38,364 nt of DNA, from positions 1 to 38,364 of the IMG/VR virus record IMGVR_UViG_3300037524_000021. The stretch is one strand, 5' to 3'. Shown one piece after another: positions 35,262 to 38,364 of the stretch. Under the pieces are notes generated by a model. The model was given only the letters and a program-made list of their open reading frames with translations, was not told the DNA's origin and did not search any database. A program made the translations under genes and the position numbers. Position 1 is the stretch's first letter. Each line of letters starts with the position of its first letter. This DNA comes from a virus (taxonomy: Duplodnaviria > Caudoviricetes).

Positions 35262-36812
35262 TTATTTACTTCCTGTGCCCTTTGGATTACGCCCAGTAAC
35301 CGTATTCGGGCCATCTGATGAATTATTTGTACGATCTACCGCACGCTCATCACTTTCTTTGGCGTTATTTGCTGCATCTGCTGCCTGACGAGGTGACAAT
35401 TCAATTACATCGTCCCCGCCAGGGATGGGCGGTTTACCCAAAGTATCCCTAACCTCATTAGGTGTAAGAACCTGATTACGAAGATACTTCTCATCAATCT
35501 GGGATTGAGCCATTTCATCAGTTAGTGTTAGTTCATTGAGTTTAAGAACAAGAACATCAGTGAATTCTTTTACAACTTTATTCAACTGCTTTTCAAGTTG
35601 GCGCTGGCGAGGTCTGGCTACCTGCTCTTTGAACGTTCTGTCGCTTGCCAACGCCTCTGCGGTACCTGCCTCAGACATACCGATCTTTGACAATGGAACC
35701 TGATGAGCAGTCAGGATATCATTACGATTTTGCTTATGGTACTTTTCAAATGAGCCCTCTTGCACACCGGCCTCTATGGCTTCCATCTTAAACTCTACCT
35801 TTGTCTGATCGTTATCAGGAGGTAGTGGAATATAAAGCGTTCTGTGGCTAGCGCCCTTAAGATCAGTCTGAAGGAACCTGAACAGTTTTTCCTCTGAATT
35901 AGAATCCAGATGAGCACCCTTTACAGTAATGATGTATCGAGGAACAGCCTTATTCTGGAAGTAGTCAATATTGTATTGATTAGCATATTGATCACCAACA
36001 ATAGCCTGCCCCGCTGCAATTACGTCTGGAACTCCATAGTATGTGTTAAGTGGAGAGTACAGTTTGAAATGAATAATCTCATTTGGGTTAGGGTCGTTAG
36101 TAATCGGATTAGGATTGTCTGCCTGGAAGTTCCTGAAGTAGACTACTTCTTTACCAATAATCTGACAGAATCCGTCACGGAATCTTCTTACTCGCACAGT
36201 CAGTGCAGGAACATGACCAATGTAACCAATCTGGCCGTTTGACTTCCTGCCGATTTCTAGATATCCATTACCCGTTGCCTCTAAGTCAGTAATGACCTTC
36301 TCTAATGTTGCAATGAACGTATCCGTATCATTCATATCATCAAAGATTTCATCAAGATTGACCTTTAACTTTTCAATTCTTTTACGAGCAAGAGCACGTG
36401 TTTTTTCAGTTTCTTTAGCATCAATCTTAGATACTGCGTCACTTGACAACTCCCAATGGTAACCAAGACCAACGACATTGGCTACCTTAGTGTCTACCGC
36501 CGCGTGATTGGCAAATGACACTTCATAGTATCTGGCTAATTCATCAAGATTATAAGGAGGTGTGATTACGTCGAACATTCCGTATGCTGTAATGTAAGAC
36601 TGATCTACAGTAATTGATGTTGTATCAGCACGCTTCTCCATGCGTGTTGCACGCTTTTTAAATGTTGCCGATGGGCCTTCAAGACCCTTTTTAATATCAG
36701 ACCACTTTACATCAAACGGATCATTGCTTTTAGTTTCTGTTGCAATCTGATTACCTACTCGTACACCACTAATACGGTATTCACCGTCTTCATCTACCCA
36801 CCATTGACTCAT
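35262..36812 (-). CDS. Portal protein
   Basis: GNGYLE, EIIHF, YYGVP, FQNKAVP, VLTPNEVR...PIPGGD. Confidence 0.95.
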   Translation of the reverse strand: MSQWWVDEDGEYRISGVRVGNQIATETKSNDPFDVKWSDIKKGLEGPSATFKKRATRMEKRADTTSITVDQSYITAYGMFDVITPPYNLDELARYYEVSFANHAAVDTKVANVVGLGYHWELSSDAVSKIDAKETEKTRALARKRIEKLKVNLDEIFDDMNDTDTFIATLEKVITDLEATGNGYLEIGRKSNGQIGYIGHVPALTVRVRRFRDGFCQIIGKEVVYFRNFQADNPNPITNDPNPNEIIHFKLYSPLNTYYGVPDVIAAGQAIVGDQYANQYNIDYFQNKAVPRYIITVKGAHLDSNSEEKLFRFLQTDLKGASHRTLYIPLPPDNDQTKVEFKMEAIEAGVQEGSFEKYHKQNRNDILTAHQVPLSKIGMSEAGTAEALASDRTFKEQVARPRQRQLEKQLNKVVKEFTDVLVLKLNELTLTDEMAQSQIDEKYLRNQVLTPNEVRDTLGKPPIPGGDDVIELSPRQAADAANNAKESDERAVDRTNNSSDGPNTVTGRNPKGTGSK

Positions 36813-37177
36813 TCTTCATAATCTCCATACTTTGCTGCGGCTTTCTTAGCATCCACTACCGCTCCAATGTCATTCATAGAAGGGATATATCCCTCTTTAA
36901 GTCTGTCAACCTGCTCTGAATATTCTTCATCTGTTGCGCGCATACCACCAGGCAAGAACTTTGCAGTACCTTCGGGCTGACCATAATAGATGGCTGCTTG
37001 ACGCAATTCCGCTAACTTCTTAATATCCCCGCGCAATGCCGGAATATTTAAATAATTACCATCGTTATCTTTGAATGGCTTGCCAGTAGGAAGTATCCAT
37101 ACATATAAGCCATATTCCAAATCAGGCTTTACTTCACTGACCTTTACTTTCATGGGCTTCGAAGCGTTTTCAGGCAT
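36809..37177 (-). CDS. Hypothetical protein
   Basis: ATG 37177 (MPENAS) lies 6 nt after TGTGG-TACAAT; ATGA-coupled to portal. Confidence 0.75.
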   Translation of the reverse strand: MPENASKPMKVKVSEVKPDLEYGLYVWILPTGKPFKDNDGNYLNIPALRGDIKKLAELRQAAIYYGQPEGTAKFLPGGMRATDEEYSEQVDRLKEGYIPSMNDIGAVVDAKKAAAKYGDYEE

Positions 37178-37194
37178 ATAGGTATTGTACCACA

Positions 37195-38364
37195 CTAATT
37201 AGTAATTACGGTTACTGGTGCCCACTCAATGTCACGTAATGTATATATTTCATTAAAATTGGCCGACACAGTGGACACAAATGGCTCATTATCATAATAT
37301 CCTGTCAACTCATTGAACATATCTTCATTTAAGATGTCAACTGTCAGTTGCGCTCCAATACTATAGATGCTGAACCATGTGTATGCCCCCCACGCCTGCC
37401 ATTGATCATCAGGTGCGGTCGGAACAAGCAAGTCTCCCCAACGTCTATAGTCAACAAGACCACTCACCTTGGCGTCCAACCTTCCATGAATAGTTATATG
37501 ATCAAATGAGAAATTTGTGTTACCTGACATTCGTACATACACATCTTGTGCATGAGAATCAAATGGATTGATGAAGGCCATGGTCACTGCATTCCACTCC
37601 CCCGCTCTGAAAACGGGTGCCACTGTCATATGACCGTTGATAAACCATTGTACATTTATATACGGATCGCCTTGATATTTTGCCTGTAGAGCAAACCTTG
37701 ATCCATCTTCAATCGGTACCGCTTCAATATAAACAACCTCGTCTGCTCCGCTTGTCACCGTAGATATACGAATACTATCATTTAATGTATCTGTATCTAG
37801 CAATGTCCAGAATGACACCGCCGCCACTTGCTGTTGTTCAATAGAGCCTTCACGCTTCCACCTTACGGCCAGTCCGTTGTCATATCCTAGCATTGGCAGC
37901 GACTTAGGTTTGAATCCACTTCTATTGGATTTATACAGGTAGTTATATCCACGCTTTGTCACTTCAAAGAGGTTAGGGAAGTCCAGCACAAAGAACGATC
38001 CGTTATGTGAATACGGATAGGCATTATTTCCTTCCTGTGTACCCACGGGATTAACCTTTGTCGCGTCAGATGCCCATGAAGCCAACTCAAAACTCTTCAA
38101 CTTTGCAGGAGAAGAGCGCTGACCGCGAGACTTGACGATATGATAGAACGTCAATGCGTATTCAGTATGATCATAGTTATAGGGAATCACAAGGCTGTTA
38201 CCATCTTGAAGAAGATGTCTGTAATTGTTGTCATCTAAGAACACATTTGAATGACCATCATAGATCATTGCAGACTTTTGCAAATAGTCGGTTGGTGGGA
38301 CAGTAATCTTATGCAATGTTACCCAAGATTCTATGTCTAAACTAGAATAATCATAAGATGGAGC
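37195..38364 (-). CDS. 3' part of a large, probably structural protein (ConA/LamG-like segment); starts beyond the window
   Basis: Frame is open to the window edge; WFING...GEWNAVT...FDHI beta-sandwich pattern. Confidence 0.7.
   Translation of the reverse strand, partial: APSYDYSSLDIESWVTLHKITVPPTDYLQKSAMIYDGHSNVFLDDNNYRHLLQDGNSLVIPYNYDHTEYALTFYHIVKSRGQRSSPAKLKSFELASWASDATKVNPVGTQEGNNAYPYSHNGSFFVLDFPNLFEVTKRGYNYLYKSNRSGFKPKSLPMLGYDNGLAVRWKREGSIEQQQVAAVSFWTLLDTDTLNDSIRISTVTSGADEVVYIEAVPIEDGSRFALQAKYQGDPYINVQWFINGHMTVAPVFRAGEWNAVTMAFINPFDSHAQDVYVRMSGNTNFSFDHITIHGRLDAKVSGLVDYRRWGDLLVPTAPDDQWQAWGAYTWFSIYSIGAQLTVDILNEDMFNELTGYYDNEPFVSTVSANFNEIYTLRDIEWAPVTVITN

Noticed and set aside
1889-36242. 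Remaining plus-strand and nested ORFs (e.g. 34108-34671)
   Set aside because: Antisense or alternate-frame shadows of well-supported minus-strand genes.

Overview
This window is a segment of a large, tRNA-rich siphovirus genome. Gene content and order (DnaE polymerase, long tape measure, CCA-less tRNA arrays) resemble large actinobacteriophages such as Streptomyces BE/BK-type phages; this assignment is inferred. All real genes are on the minus strand. Reading in transcription order (right to left): portal, capsid protease/scaffold, major capsid, head-tail joining genes, major tail, tail chaperones with a -1 frameshift, tape measure, minor tail genes, an HNH nuclease, DnaB, primase, SSB, tRNA array 2 (with two HNH genes), DnaE, MazG-like and SLOG-like genes, and tRNA array 1. 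The most interesting content lies between the tRNAs. There are three tandem, covarying Y-RNA-like ncRNAs at 6577-6843, one carrying tRNA anticodon, T and D-like arms in permuted order. There is also a second permuted tRNA-like RNA at 771-873, a four-way-junction RNA with a possible kissing loop at 290-413, two long hairpins and a D-armless tRNA-Val-like gene. Other notable features are a class-II-bodied tRNA-Lys, four tRNAs with an A18/G55 elbow swap, and HNH genes whose stop codons lie inside the downstream tRNAs. All RNA structures were folded by eye, with no software.
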